This document shows positions 15,690 through 24,581 of a DNA stretch of 53,893 bases, piece by piece. The stretch is from an uncultured Gemmatimonadaceae bacterium (GTDB taxonomy: Bacteria; Gemmatimonadota; Gemmatimonadetes; Gemmatimonadales; Gemmatimonadaceae): the NCBI GenBank assembly GCA_964608035.1, contig CAZSNV010000001.1, positions 1 to 53,893 of the forward strand, given 5' to 3'. Numbering within the stretch: position 1 is the first letter of the stretch; every line of letters starts with the position of its first letter. The notes below the pieces were generated by a model, which did not search any database, was not told the DNA's origin, and saw nothing but the letters and a program-made list of their open reading frames with translations. The translations under genes and the position numbers were made by a program.

Positions 15690-18180
15690 ATCACCGCGCC
15701 GCTTCATCACCACGACCATCGAAGTCGAGGGACGCGAGGAGACCAAGGTCGTCGAAATCCCCGATCGCACCTTGCGGCCGTGGGATGCTGAGGAGCAGCT
15801 CGACGTGGTCGGGAAGCCCGTGCCGCGCGTCGACGCGCGTGAAAAGGTCACCGGTGCCGCGGTCTATACGGCTGACCGGTGGGCACCGGGCATGCTCCAC
15901 GCGGTGCTGGTGCGATCCACCATCCCGCGGGGCCGTGCGAAGTCGATCGACCTTGCTGCCGCTCGTCGCATGCCGGGCGTCCTGGATGTCATCACCTTCG
16001 AAGACCTGCCGTCATCGCGAAAGGCGATCCGCGCCGGCGGCGTGCGCTTCCTTGACCCCGACATCTCCTATGCGGGACAGCCGGTGGCCTGTGTCTGCGC
16101 CGAGTCGATGGGGCGGGCGCGAGCCGCGGCTCACGCGGTCCGCATTGACTACGAGCCCACGCCCTTTGCCATCACGGCCGCTGCGGCTGTGTCACCAGAT
16201 GCACCCGCGGTGCGGTCGAAAGGAGCCAAGGCTCGAGGCGGCAACGTCTCGCGTTCATCACCGATGGTGAGTGCCCGCGGCGACGTCGACCATGGGTTAG
16301 CCGAATCCGACGTGGTCGTCCATGGACGGTACACCACCTCCAGCGCGCTGCACTCGGCGATGGAAGCGCACGGCGCGGTGGCGGAGTGGCACGGCGACCA
16401 GCTCACGATCTACGAAGGGACGCAGGGCATCTTCGCCGTCCGGGATGAAGTCGCGGCGGCGCTGGGCATCCCGAAGTCGCGGGTGCGCGTGGTCATGGAA
16501 CACATGGGGGGCGGGTTCGGGGCGAAGAACCACGCCGGGGCCCACACGTACGCTGCGGCGATCCTGTCGCGTCGAACGGGGCGGCCGGTGCGCTGCGTGC
16601 TGGATCGCGCCGGGGAGCAGTCGGACGCGGGACACAGGGCGCCCGCGGCAATAAACGTGACGTTAGGCGCCATGCGGGACGGCCGGCTGACGGCAATTGT
16701 TGTAGACGCCCTGGTGGACCAGGGCGTCTCAGGCTGGGAATCGTCGACGACAAAGATCTTCCACGAGCTCTACGCCTGTCCCAACGTGCGCACCACTGAG
16801 ACGTTCGCCTACACGAACACGCACGCCATGGCGGCGTTTCGTGGCCCCGGGCATACCGAGGGAGCGTTCGCGCAGGAGCGCGCGATGGACGACCTGGCGC
16901 GGAAGCTGAACATCGATCCATTGGCCCTTCGCGTCATCAACCACGCAGACCACGATCAGGAGAAGTCGCGGCCGTATTCGGGTGGGAACCTGGCGCGGTG
17001 CCTCGAGGAAGGAGCGCGGCGATTCGGCTGGGCCGAGAGGCGCTCGCGTTCGATTGATCCCGGGCGCCGTGAAACGATGGCGCACAACCGGGATTCCGGC
17101 ATCAACTTCATTCGAGAGACGGGGGACGAGAGACGGGAGACGGGAGAGGTTGCAATCGAACCTGCAAAACGCATCGACCCGCGCCCCGCGAATCGCCCGT
17201 CACCCGTCACCCGTCTCCCGTCGCGGTACGAGGGGGCCCCCCGCCTGCGCCGCGGATTCGGGCTCGCCGCGCAGATCTGGCCCGCCGGCGGCGGACCGCC
17301 CGCCTACGCCACCGTCCGCATTCACCCCGACGGATCCGTCGACGTCCTCACCGGCACGCAGGACCTCGGCACCGGCGCCCGCACCATCCTCGCCCAGGTA
17401 GCCGCCGAAGCGTTAGGCGCCAAGCTCGCCGACGTGCGGGTCATCCTGGGAGACACCGAGCGAACACCGTATACGCCCAATTCGTGGGGCTCCATGACCA
17501 CGCCGTCGGTGGCGCCCGCCGTCCGCATGGCCGCCGAGGACGCTCGCGAACACCTGGTCGAGGCGGCCGCCGAGATACTCGGCGTCGCGACCGAACACCT
17601 GTCGGTCCGCGACGGCATGATCATTCCCTGCACCGGCGCCCCTGCCGTCCCCATCGCCGAAGTCACCGCAAAGCTGGGCGATGTGACCATCCTCGGCCAC
17701 GGATCGCGCGGCCCGAATCAGTCAGGCGTGGGCCTGATGACGTTCGGCGCGCAGTTCGCCGAGGTCGAAGTCGACACATGGACAGGCGTGGTGCGCGTCG
17801 TCCGCCTGACCGCGGTGCACGACGTGGGCCGCGTGCTCAACCCGCTGCTCGCGCGGAGCCAGCTCGAGGGCGGCATCATCCAGGGACTCGGCCTTGCCTT
17901 GTTCGAAGAGCGCGTCATCGACGAGCGGCTCGGCCGCCCGCTCAACGCCGGTCTGCACGACTACAAGATCCCGACGATGGCCGACCTGCCGGAGATCGAT
18001 GCGACCTGCCTTGACGCCGTGGACACCGTCGCCAATCCCGTGGGCGCCAGGGGACTGGCGGAACCGCCGATCATTCCGACCGCGCCGGCGATAGCTAACG
18101 CCGTCGTTGACGCGTTAGGCGTCCACGTGAACGACTTGCCGCTCACCCCCTGGAGAGTATTAGCGGCGCTCGGGAATTGA
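15679..18180 (+). CDS. Xanthine dehydrogenase family molybdopterin-binding large subunit, carrying an in-frame palindromic-repeat insertion
   Basis: Typical a/b-hammerhead and Moco-binding segments (GKPVPRVDAREKVTG, GGGFG, GTQDLGTGART, GLAEPP). An extra ~40-60 aa lies around nt 17095-17235. Confidence 0.9.
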   Translation: MPAESPRRFITTTIEVEGREETKVVEIPDRTLRPWDAEEQLDVVGKPVPRVDAREKVTGAAVYTADRWAPGMLHAVLVRSTIPRGRAKSIDLAAARRMPGVLDVITFEDLPSSRKAIRAGGVRFLDPDISYAGQPVACVCAESMGRARAAAHAVRIDYEPTPFAITAAAAVSPDAPAVRSKGAKARGGNVSRSSPMVSARGDVDHGLAESDVVVHGRYTTSSALHSAMEAHGAVAEWHGDQLTIYEGTQGIFAVRDEVAAALGIPKSRVRVVMEHMGGGFGAKNHAGAHTYAAAILSRRTGRPVRCVLDRAGEQSDAGHRAPAAINVTLGAMRDGRLTAIVVDALVDQGVSGWESSTTKIFHELYACPNVRTTETFAYTNTHAMAAFRGPGHTEGAFAQERAMDDLARKLNIDPLALRVINHADHDQEKSRPYSGGNLARCLEEGARRFGWAERRSRSIDPGRRETMAHNRDSGINFIRETGDERRETGEVAIEPAKRIDPRPANRPSPVTRLPSRYEGAPRLRRGFGLAAQIWPAGGGPPAYATVRIHPDGSVDVLTGTQDLGTGARTILAQVAAEALGAKLADVRVILGDTERTPYTPNSWGSMTTPSVAPAVRMAAEDAREHLVEAAAEILGVATEHLSVRDGMIIPCTGAPAVPIAEVTAKLGDVTILGHGSRGPNQSGVGLMTFGAQFAEVEVDTWTGVVRVVRLTAVHDVGRVLNPLLARSQLEGGIIQGLGLALFEERVIDERLGRPLNAGLHDYKIPTMADLPEIDATCLDAVDTVANPVGARGLAEPPIIPTAPAIANAVVDALGVHVNDLPLTPWRVLAALGN
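17114..17226. repeat. Heptamer-built palindrome located inside the Moco-subunit CDS (in frame)
   Basis: gagagac|gggggac|gagagac|gggagac|gggagag ... cgcccgt|cacccgt|cacccgt|ctcccgt|cgcgg. Confidence 0.8.
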
Positions 18181-18210
18181 GATGGGAGATGGTTCTCCCA
18201 TTCCCATCCC
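18172..18210. repeat. Short palindrome of gagatggg words between the convergent XDH-L and yhbY genes; likely bidirectional terminator
   Basis: gggaattgagatgggaga-tggt-tctcccattcccatccc. Confidence 0.7.
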
Positions 18211-18212
18211 GA

Positions 18213-18521
18213 CTACCGCCACGGCGGTGGTGCGTCGCTCTTGCGTTGGAGTTCCGGGTTGTATCGATAGAGTGTCGTCTTCCTCCCTATCACCTGAACC
18301 ACCTCCGCCCTCACCTGCATCGCCAGTTCACCCGCAATCTCCTTCATGGGTAACGGCGCATTGCGTTCAACCTGCACCTTCACCAGCTCACGCGCCTCGA
18401 GTGCCTCGTGAAGCGACTGCAGCAGCGTCGCGGTAATCCCGTGATGGCCGACATGAACCGTCGCGCGCAGGTGATGGGCTTCGGCGCGCAGTTCGGCCCG
18501 GTCCTTCCCGCGCATCGTCAT
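18213..18521 (-). CDS. yhbY: Ribosome assembly RNA-binding protein YhbY (CRM domain)
   Basis: LRAEAHHLRATVHVGHHGIT...ARELVKVQV...IGRKTTLYR. Confidence 0.8.
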   Translation of the reverse strand: MTMRGKDRAELRAEAHHLRATVHVGHHGITATLLQSLHEALEARELVKVQVERNAPLPMKEIAGELAMQVRAEVVQVIGRKTTLYRYNPELQRKSDAPPPWR

Positions 18522-19147
18522 TGCCGACGGCTGGAGCGGGTCAGATAGGGATGCGGGTTGATCGGGTCGCCGCCCCAGTACTGTCCGCGACCGCGATAGA
18601 GCATGACCTGGAAATGCAGGTGAGGGGTGTCCTTGGGAGCGTTCCCGGTGGTGCCGACGAACCCGAGCACGTCTCCCTGATGAATCGCCATGCCTTCTAC
18701 CAGTCCATCCTGGTAGCGATCGAGGTGGGCGTAATAGTAGACAAAGCGCTCGGCCCGGTCGAGTTGATAGATGGTGATCCCCCCAGCGTCGTTCTGCCTG
18801 AGCTTGAGGATCGTCCCGCTATCCGCGGCAATGACTGGCGTGCCGCGCGGAGCCATGATGTCCACCGCGTCATGCGTGCGGCCGCCGCGTGCCGCGGTGT
18901 AGGAGTCGCGGACGCGCGAAATGTCCACGCCCTGCACCGGGATGATCAGCCCTTTCGCGGCCAGCGCCGCTTCAGGCGTGGCAAAAACGATCGTCGCTGA
19001 ATCCGGCGTGGCGGGCGACGCCTCGGCGGGGACCGGAAGTGGCGCAGGCTCCGTCGTTATGCGCGCGCGCGAACATCCCCCGAGGAGTATCGCGCTCGCG
19101 AGCGCGACCGTGCGGCAAAAGGTGAAGGAGGCTCTGAGTGTACTCAT
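18518..19147 (-). CDS. M23 family metallopeptidase lipoprotein
   Basis: Lipobox LLGGCS. HDAVDI, YYYAHLD and PHLHFQV motifs. The start is moved to ATG 19147. Confidence 0.8.
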   Translation of the reverse strand: MSTLRASFTFCRTVALASAILLGGCSRARITTEPAPLPVPAEASPATPDSATIVFATPEAALAAKGLIIPVQGVDISRVRDSYTAARGGRTHDAVDIMAPRGTPVIAADSGTILKLRQNDAGGITIYQLDRAERFVYYYAHLDRYQDGLVEGMAIHQGDVLGFVGTTGNAPKDTPHLHFQVMLYRGRGQYWGGDPINPHPYLTRSSRRQ

Positions 19148-19214
19148 CGTCAGAAACTTGACGACGAACGGCGCCAGACCGAAACCCTTTGCGCTTTGCC
19201 CTTTGCGCTTGCTC

Positions 19215-19865
19215 TTATCGTGCCCCCGTAGCCAACACATGAACCACGGCCGAGCCGCGATGCTTGTTGGCGATCGCCGTGATCGTCGCCGTTCCAACTC
19301 CAGCCGCGCGCACGAGACCGCTGTTGTCGACGGTGGCTACCGAACTCGCGGATGACTGCCACGTGAACGCTACTTCCGGAAGCAACGCTCCGGTGAGGTC
19401 GCGGGCCGTTGCTCTCAATCGAAGGGTATCCCGGGTGTCCACGATAGGCAGCGTCACGAGGATGGTATCGATCGCGGGCGCAACTGACACGGTCATTGTT
19501 GCCGGAAGGATCACGAGGGTTGCCCGGCCGATCTTGTCCGCGCTCGCGGCGACTTGCACGGTTCCAACCAATCTCGGGGTGACCACGCCGAACGCATCCA
19601 CCGTTGCGATCAAGGAATTCGACGTGGTCCAGGCAAAAACCGACACCGACAACAGCCCGCCGTTCTTACCCGTGGCGGATGCCGTGAAGGTGACGCGGTC
19701 TGTGGCGCGGATCGGGTCGGTGACGAAGATCGTATCGACTGACGGATTCACCCTTACAGCACTGATCAGGTATCCGGGAGTGTCGCTGAGATTGGGACCG
19801 GTAGCGTCCGTGCACGACGTTGCGCCGAGCAAAAGCAGGCCATGGAAAACATTTCGCGCACCCAT
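19215..19865 (-). CDS. Bacterial Ig-like (Big_2) domain lipoprotein
   Basis: Lipobox GATSC. Two Big_2-like repeats ending ...SSVATVDNSGLVRAAGVGTATITA. Confidence 0.65.
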   Translation of the reverse strand: MGARNVFHGLLLLGATSCTDATGPNLSDTPGYLISAVRVNPSVDTIFVTDPIRATDRVTFTASATGKNGGLLSVSVFAWTTSNSLIATVDAFGVVTPRLVGTVQVAASADKIGRATLVILPATMTVSVAPAIDTILVTLPIVDTRDTLRLRATARDLTGALLPEVAFTWQSSASSVATVDNSGLVRAAGVGTATITAIANKHRGSAVVHVLATGAR

Positions 19866-20109
19866 CTTCCGTCCTCCCAGTTCCAGTCACGAGACTTGAC
19901 GCAACCTGCACAATGCGAGTCGCGAATTGCAGGTGGCTGTCAGCAGGATCACATAAATGTAAGCCGTTTCTCTGCAATGGCTTACGGTCGCCGGGCTGAA
20001 TTCGCTTGCCCGTGGCGGCGGTCATGTCTCATCCGAGCCGCCAAGGCGGTACGATTCGCCTCGACGAAGTTCCGCCCCGAACTGCCGGCCGACTCCGAAT
20101 ACCCCCGCT

Positions 20110-21069
20110 GTGGAATACGAGCGCCCCACAAGTACGTCGCGAGCAGTCGAGATACTGGCCGGCGCGCATACGCATGCGCTCGGTGGAGGCACTGACCTCC
20201 TCGTGACCATGCGTGAAGGTCTCGTCAGACCGGAACGCATCGTGGACTTGCGCGCACTCCCCGACAGCGACGCGATGACGTGGGGCACGGACGGCTCGCT
20301 CCGACTCGGCGCGGCGACCACCATCGCTACCATCGCGGGTGATGCGCAGGTGCGCGCGCGATTCGCTGCACTCGCCGAGTCGTGCGAATCGGTCGGAAGC
20401 ACCGCGCTGCGCAACATGGGCACGATTGGAGGCAACCTGTGCCAGCGGCCGCGATGCTGGTATTTCCGATCGGCAATTCCCTGCCTCAAGTCGAACGGCA
20501 CCGATTGCCCCGCCCACGAGGGCGAGAACACGCATCACGTCATTTTCGGAGGCGGGCCGTGCTACGCGGTGCATCCCTCCGATCCCGCGGTAGCGCTCAC
20601 GGCGCTCGAAGCCATCATTCAGATCGAAGGCCCGCAGGGACGACGCGCGGTTCCCATTGCCGATTTCTTTGTCCTTCCGGATCCTGATCCGCACCGGGAG
20701 ACCGTGCTCGAGCCGGGCGAGTTCGTCATCGCCGTAGATCTGCCCGCCGAGTCGTCAGGCGGACGACAGCGTTACACGAAGGTGTTGCAACGGGCCGCGT
20801 GGGACTTCGCCCTCGCGTCGATTGCCGTCGTCAGGCGTGTTGACGGTTCGGTCCGGATGGTGCTGGGCGGCGTTGCTCCAGTGCCCTGGCGCGTAAATCC
20901 ATCAGTAGAAGAGGATGTTGCCTCGGCGCCGCTGTCCGGCGACGACCTGGATGTTCTGGCGGAGCGCGCGTTGTACGATGCGCGCCCGCTCTCAGGGAAC
21001 GGGTATAAGGTTACGCTCTCGAAGGCGCTGTTGCGTGAAGCAATGGCTTTTGTGGGAAGCGAGATGTGA
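20110..21069 (+). CDS. FAD-binding (CoxM/XdhB-like) subunit of xanthine dehydrogenase family enzyme
   Basis: GGGTDLL, and GTIGGNLCQRPRCWYFR (the extra Cys cluster seen in some CoxM-like proteins). GTG start. Confidence 0.85.
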   Translation: MEYERPTSTSRAVEILAGAHTHALGGGTDLLVTMREGLVRPERIVDLRALPDSDAMTWGTDGSLRLGAATTIATIAGDAQVRARFAALAESCESVGSTALRNMGTIGGNLCQRPRCWYFRSAIPCLKSNGTDCPAHEGENTHHVIFGGGPCYAVHPSDPAVALTALEAIIQIEGPQGRRAVPIADFFVLPDPDPHRETVLEPGEFVIAVDLPAESSGGRQRYTKVLQRAAWDFALASIAVVRRVDGSVRMVLGGVAPVPWRVNPSVEEDVASAPLSGDDLDVLAERALYDARPLSGNGYKVTLSKALLREAMAFVGSEM

Positions 21070-21164
21070 GATGGGAGACGTGAGATAACCTGCAATGTCC
21101 GATCAATTCCGATCTGATCGGAAAGCAGTTTATCTCACTTCTCCCATCTCACATCTCCCATCCC
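21054..21164. repeat. ~110-bp heptamer-built palindrome; its left arm covers the last codons and stop of the FAD-subunit gene
   Basis: gagatgt|gagatgg|gagacgt|gagataa ... ttatctc|acttctc|ccatctc|acatctc, with the central hairpin ccgatca-attccgatc-tgatcgg. Confidence 0.85.
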
Positions 21165-21186
21165 GTCTGCTCAACTCAATCGTCTC

Positions 21187-22470
21187 ATGAAAAAGCTTCT
21201 GGTCGTTTTCGAGCGGGAGTACATGGAACGGGTCCGGACCCGCTGGTTCCTGGTGGCGACCGTCTTCGGACCGGTGTTCTTCGGCGCCCTCATGTTCCTT
21301 CCCGCCTGGATGGCGACTCGCTCGAATGCCTCCGCCGACGTCGGGCGCATCCGCATCCTCGACGCGACCGGCGTCAACCTCGGACAACAGGTCGCGCTCG
21401 AGCTGGGCGGCGGCGTCCTTGGCGACACCACTTCCACTCAGGTGGAACTCGTCAGGCCTGAAGCGCTCGCGCAAGCCGAATCGACGGCCACGCGCGACAT
21501 CAGGAGTCGAGTGATCAAGGGTTATCTGGTGCTCGATCCCGGCACGCTTGAGGGGAGAGGTTCGCGTTATGCGGGATTGAACGCCACGGCCCTCGCCGAC
21601 ATGAGGCGCATCGAAAACGCCGTGTCGCGCGAACTGATCGGGCTCGAACTGAGCCGGGCCGGGATATCGACGGTCGAAGTCGATCGCGTGAAGCGATTGC
21701 GGGCCGGCCTGCGCGCGGAACGGGTGTCGCTGAGCGGACGAGGCGGATCAGCGCGCGTGAACATCCTGTTCGCATCGGTCGTGGGCATTCTGCTGTACAT
21801 GACCATCCTGATGTACGGGCAGAACGTGCTGCGGGGCGTGATCGAGGAAAAGCAGTCCCGGGTGGCGGAGGTCGTGGTGTCGAGTGTGCGGCCGACGACG
21901 CTGCTGGCGGGGAAGGTGCTGGGGGTGGGAGCTGTTGGGCTGACGCAGATGGCCATCTGGCTCTTTGCGACCATCGTCATGATGCGTTACCGCGCACCGG
22001 TGATGGGAGTGTTCGGCCTGGAAGCCGCACCAATCCCGATGCCAGCGGTCTCGATAGGCCAGCTGGCGATCCTGCTGATCTTCTTCCTGCTGGGCTATAC
22101 GCTCTACTCGGCGCTATTCGCTACGGTTGGCGCCATGGTGAGCAGCGAACAGGAGGCGCAACAGGCGCAGATGCCGGTCGTGCTGATGCTCGTTGTCTCC
22201 ATCATGTTCCTTCAACCGGTGCTGCTGGAGCCGGACGGGCAATTGGCGATGACTCTCGGGCTCCTTCCCATCTCATCGCCGATCATGATGCCGCTGCGCA
22301 TGACCACCGTCGACGTTCCCCCGTGGGAGATCGGCTTGTCGATCCTGGCGTTGATCGCGGGATGTTATCTGGCGGTATACCTGGCGGCGACGGTCTATCG
22401 CACCGGGATGCTCATGCACGGCAAGCGGGTCACAATACGGGAGATGTTTCGTTGGATCAGAGCCACCTAA
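21187..22470 (+). CDS. ABC-2 family transporter permease (NatB-like); no cognate ATPase in window
   Basis: N-terminal TM, then a large extracytoplasmic loop, then 5 C-terminal TMs. EKQSRVAEVVVSSVRP motif typical of ABC-2 NatB-type permeases. Confidence 0.8.
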   Translation: MKKLLVVFEREYMERVRTRWFLVATVFGPVFFGALMFLPAWMATRSNASADVGRIRILDATGVNLGQQVALELGGGVLGDTTSTQVELVRPEALAQAESTATRDIRSRVIKGYLVLDPGTLEGRGSRYAGLNATALADMRRIENAVSRELIGLELSRAGISTVEVDRVKRLRAGLRAERVSLSGRGGSARVNILFASVVGILLYMTILMYGQNVLRGVIEEKQSRVAEVVVSSVRPTTLLAGKVLGVGAVGLTQMAIWLFATIVMMRYRAPVMGVFGLEAAPIPMPAVSIGQLAILLIFFLLGYTLYSALFATVGAMVSSEQEAQQAQMPVVLMLVVSIMFLQPVLLEPDGQLAMTLGLLPISSPIMMPLRMTTVDVPPWEIGLSILALIAGCYLAVYLAATVYRTGMLMHGKRVTIREMFRWIRAT

Positions 22471-22471
22471 C

Positions 22472-22545
22472 CGGGATGGCGGATTTCGGATGGCGGATGT
22501 GAGATAAACTGCTCACACCCTGATTACACCGATTTCGATTGGGAT
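22472..22545. repeat. Truncated, half-only heptamer element (ggatggc|ggatttc|ggatggc|ggatgtg|agataaactgc) at the left junction of the inserted block
   Basis: It shares gagataaactgc with the right arm of the 21054-21164 element. No matching right arm is present. Confidence 0.6.
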
Positions 22546-22549
22546 CAGG

Positions 22550-23002
22550 TTGCTTGTTACAATTGCAGCATCGCTGTACGTGACGCCCATGCGTGTCCAC
22601 GGCCCGCTCGGCCCCGTGAGTTGGGAAAGCGTTGCAGTCCTCAACCTGCCGCGAGGCGGTCTCCGTATCGGGAGCGTGGATGCCAGGTTATATCCAGAGG
22701 CGATCCGCTTGCTGCAGTCCCGGGCAACTTCCGGCGTGATCTACGCCGGCCCCGACGCCCCGGAGCTGTACTTCCTTGCACAATTGAAGAACCCGACTCC
22801 GGCGATCTTCGACTTTCTCGTCCCCGACACGCTGTTTCATCCGAACCTCATCCAGCGCCTCGATTCGTCCGGCGTTACCGCGGTGGCTCTCAGGCGGCAC
22901 GTGGTGCACTCACCGCCCCTGGAGCCGGAGGTCGCCGCGGCGTTCGTCAGGCAGTTCCCGATGGCGCTCGAGATCGGGCGCTTCACGCTCCGCTGGAAGT
23001 AA
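22550..23002 (+). pseudogene. C-terminal ~150-aa fragment of a GT-C-like membrane protein, paralogous to the C-terminus of 32486..34459; may still be expressed as a soluble domain
   Basis: ~65% aa identity to residues ~510-657 of the 657-aa protein (YAGPDAPE(L/V)YFLAQL(K/R)NPTPAIFDFLVPDTLFH...GRFT(L/I)RWK). Homology starts abruptly at ~22550, next to a truncated repeat. Confidence 0.55.
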
Positions 23003-23601
23003 TGACGGTCCTCGATCGGATCATGTCGCAGCCGGTGGTCTATCGGCTCTGGCAAGCACCATTCGCGGCCACCAAGCTGGCACCGGTCCTCGCACGGCAG
23101 CCAATCAGGGACGTGCGACGGGTCCTCGACGTTGCCTGTGGGCCCGGAACGAACGCCGCCTGGTTTGCCGGCACGGATTACATCGGCATTGATATCAATG
23201 ACCGCTACATCGCAACGGCGCGCGACCGGCAGCCGGGTCGATTCGTCGCCGCCGACGCGATCACGTGGTCCGCGGAAACCAGCGAACAGTTCGACTTCAT
23301 TCTCGTGAACAGCTTCCTCCATCACCTCGACGATCGCTCTGTCAGCACGCTGCTGCGCAGCCTGCGGACCCGGCTCGAGGTTGGAGGGAAGATGCACATC
23401 CTGGAGCTCGTTCGTCCCCCTTCGTGGGGAGTCGCGCGAGCGCTGGCGCGCCTCGATCGCGGGAGTTACGCCAGACCGCTCGAGGCATGGAGGAAGCTCG
23501 TGGACGAATCGCTGCACATTGAGTGGTTCCAGCCATACGACCTTTCGGCCATGGGCGTGCCGCTGTGGCACATGCTGTACGCCGTGGGCACCGCTCGCTG
23601 A
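23002..23601 (+). CDS. Class I SAM-dependent methyltransferase
   Basis: VLDVACGPGTNA motif I. The ATG overlaps the upstream stop (TAATG). The first 127 codons of tracked ORF 22621..23601 are out-of-frame overlap. Confidence 0.8.
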   Translation: MTVLDRIMSQPVVYRLWQAPFAATKLAPVLARQPIRDVRRVLDVACGPGTNAAWFAGTDYIGIDINDRYIATARDRQPGRFVAADAITWSAETSEQFDFILVNSFLHHLDDRSVSTLLRSLRTRLEVGGKMHILELVRPPSWGVARALARLDRGSYARPLEAWRKLVDESLHIEWFQPYDLSAMGVPLWHMLYAVGTAR

Positions 23602-24545
23602 TGGGCGCACCTGTCCGTGTTTCCGTCGCCCTGCCGGTCTATGACGAGCGCGAAGTCATTCCCGAGCTGGTCGCGCGGCTGCAGGCCGTCCTTCGCGGCA
23701 TACCGGGTGGGCCGCATGAGATCGTATTCGCGGACGACGGGAGTGCTGATGGATCGTTTGAGCTTCTCGTGCAGGCGGCGGCTGGGGATCCATCGATCGT
23801 GGTCGTCCGGCTCGCGAGAAACTTCGGGCATCAGGTGGCGCTGAGCGCGGCGCTTGACCACGCGACCGGAGATGTCGTCGTCCTCATGGACAGCGACCTG
23901 CAGGATGCTCCCGAGGCCATTCCGCTCCTCCTGGCCAAATACGCCGAGGGGTACGACGTGGTTTTCGCGCAGCGCGAGAAGCGGAAGGAGCACCTTCTCC
24001 TGCGGTTGAGCTACTTCCTGTTTTATCGGCTCGCCGCCTGGGTATCGCGCGTGGACCTTCCCCTGGACGCCGGTGACTTTTCGCTGCTGTCGCGGCGCGT
24101 CGCTGACGTCATGCGGCGCTCCCCGGAGCGACATCGTTATCTCAGGGGCCTGCGAGCGTGGTCGGGGTTCCGGCAAGTCGGCGTGCCCATTGAGCGGGCT
24201 GCTCGCACCAAGGGAGCGCCCAAATACACGCTCCGCCGACTCATGGCCCTCGCCCTCGACGGCGTGTTCTCATTCTCCATCGCTCCCCTGCGGGCCGCCG
24301 CGGTCGCGGGAGCGTTGGCGATCCTGGCGTCCACCGCATTCGCGCTCTACAGCATCATCGCAAAGCTGTTCCTGGACAGGTCACCACAAGGGTTCACGGC
24401 ACTCATCGTGGTCATGACATTCGTGTCGGGCGTGCAACTCGTCTTCCTCGGCCTCGTGGGCGAATACGTGGGCAGGATTTACGAGGAGGTCAAGCGTCGG
24501 CCGCTGTATGTCGTGGACCGGGTTGTCGGTCGTGCCGGGACGTAA
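23601..24545 (+). CDS. Polyprenyl-phosphate glycosyltransferase, GT2 (ArnC/DPM1/GtrB-like) with 2 C-terminal TMs
   Basis: VSVALPVYDE, DDGSADGS, RNFGHQ.A and MDSDLQD motifs. C-terminal FVSGVQLVFLGLVGEYVGRIYEEV. The ATG overlaps the upstream stop (TGATG). Confidence 0.85.
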   Translation: MGAPVRVSVALPVYDEREVIPELVARLQAVLRGIPGGPHEIVFADDGSADGSFELLVQAAAGDPSIVVVRLARNFGHQVALSAALDHATGDVVVLMDSDLQDAPEAIPLLLAKYAEGYDVVFAQREKRKEHLLLRLSYFLFYRLAAWVSRVDLPLDAGDFSLLSRRVADVMRRSPERHRYLRGLRAWSGFRQVGVPIERAARTKGAPKYTLRRLMALALDGVFSFSIAPLRAAAVAGALAILASTAFALYSIIAKLFLDRSPQGFTALIVVMTFVSGVQLVFLGLVGEYVGRIYEEVKRRPLYVVDRVVGRAGT

Positions 24546-24581
24546 GGCGAAAGTTCTCCGCCGCCCGGTGCGAAGACGGTC

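Noticed and set aside
22621-23001. N-terminal 127 codons of the tracked ORF 22621..23601
   Set aside because: This part is out of frame with the GT-C C-terminal fragment, which has clear paralog support. The methyltransferase homology, and its pseudogene counterpart at 34456, both begin at MT(V/L)LDRIM.
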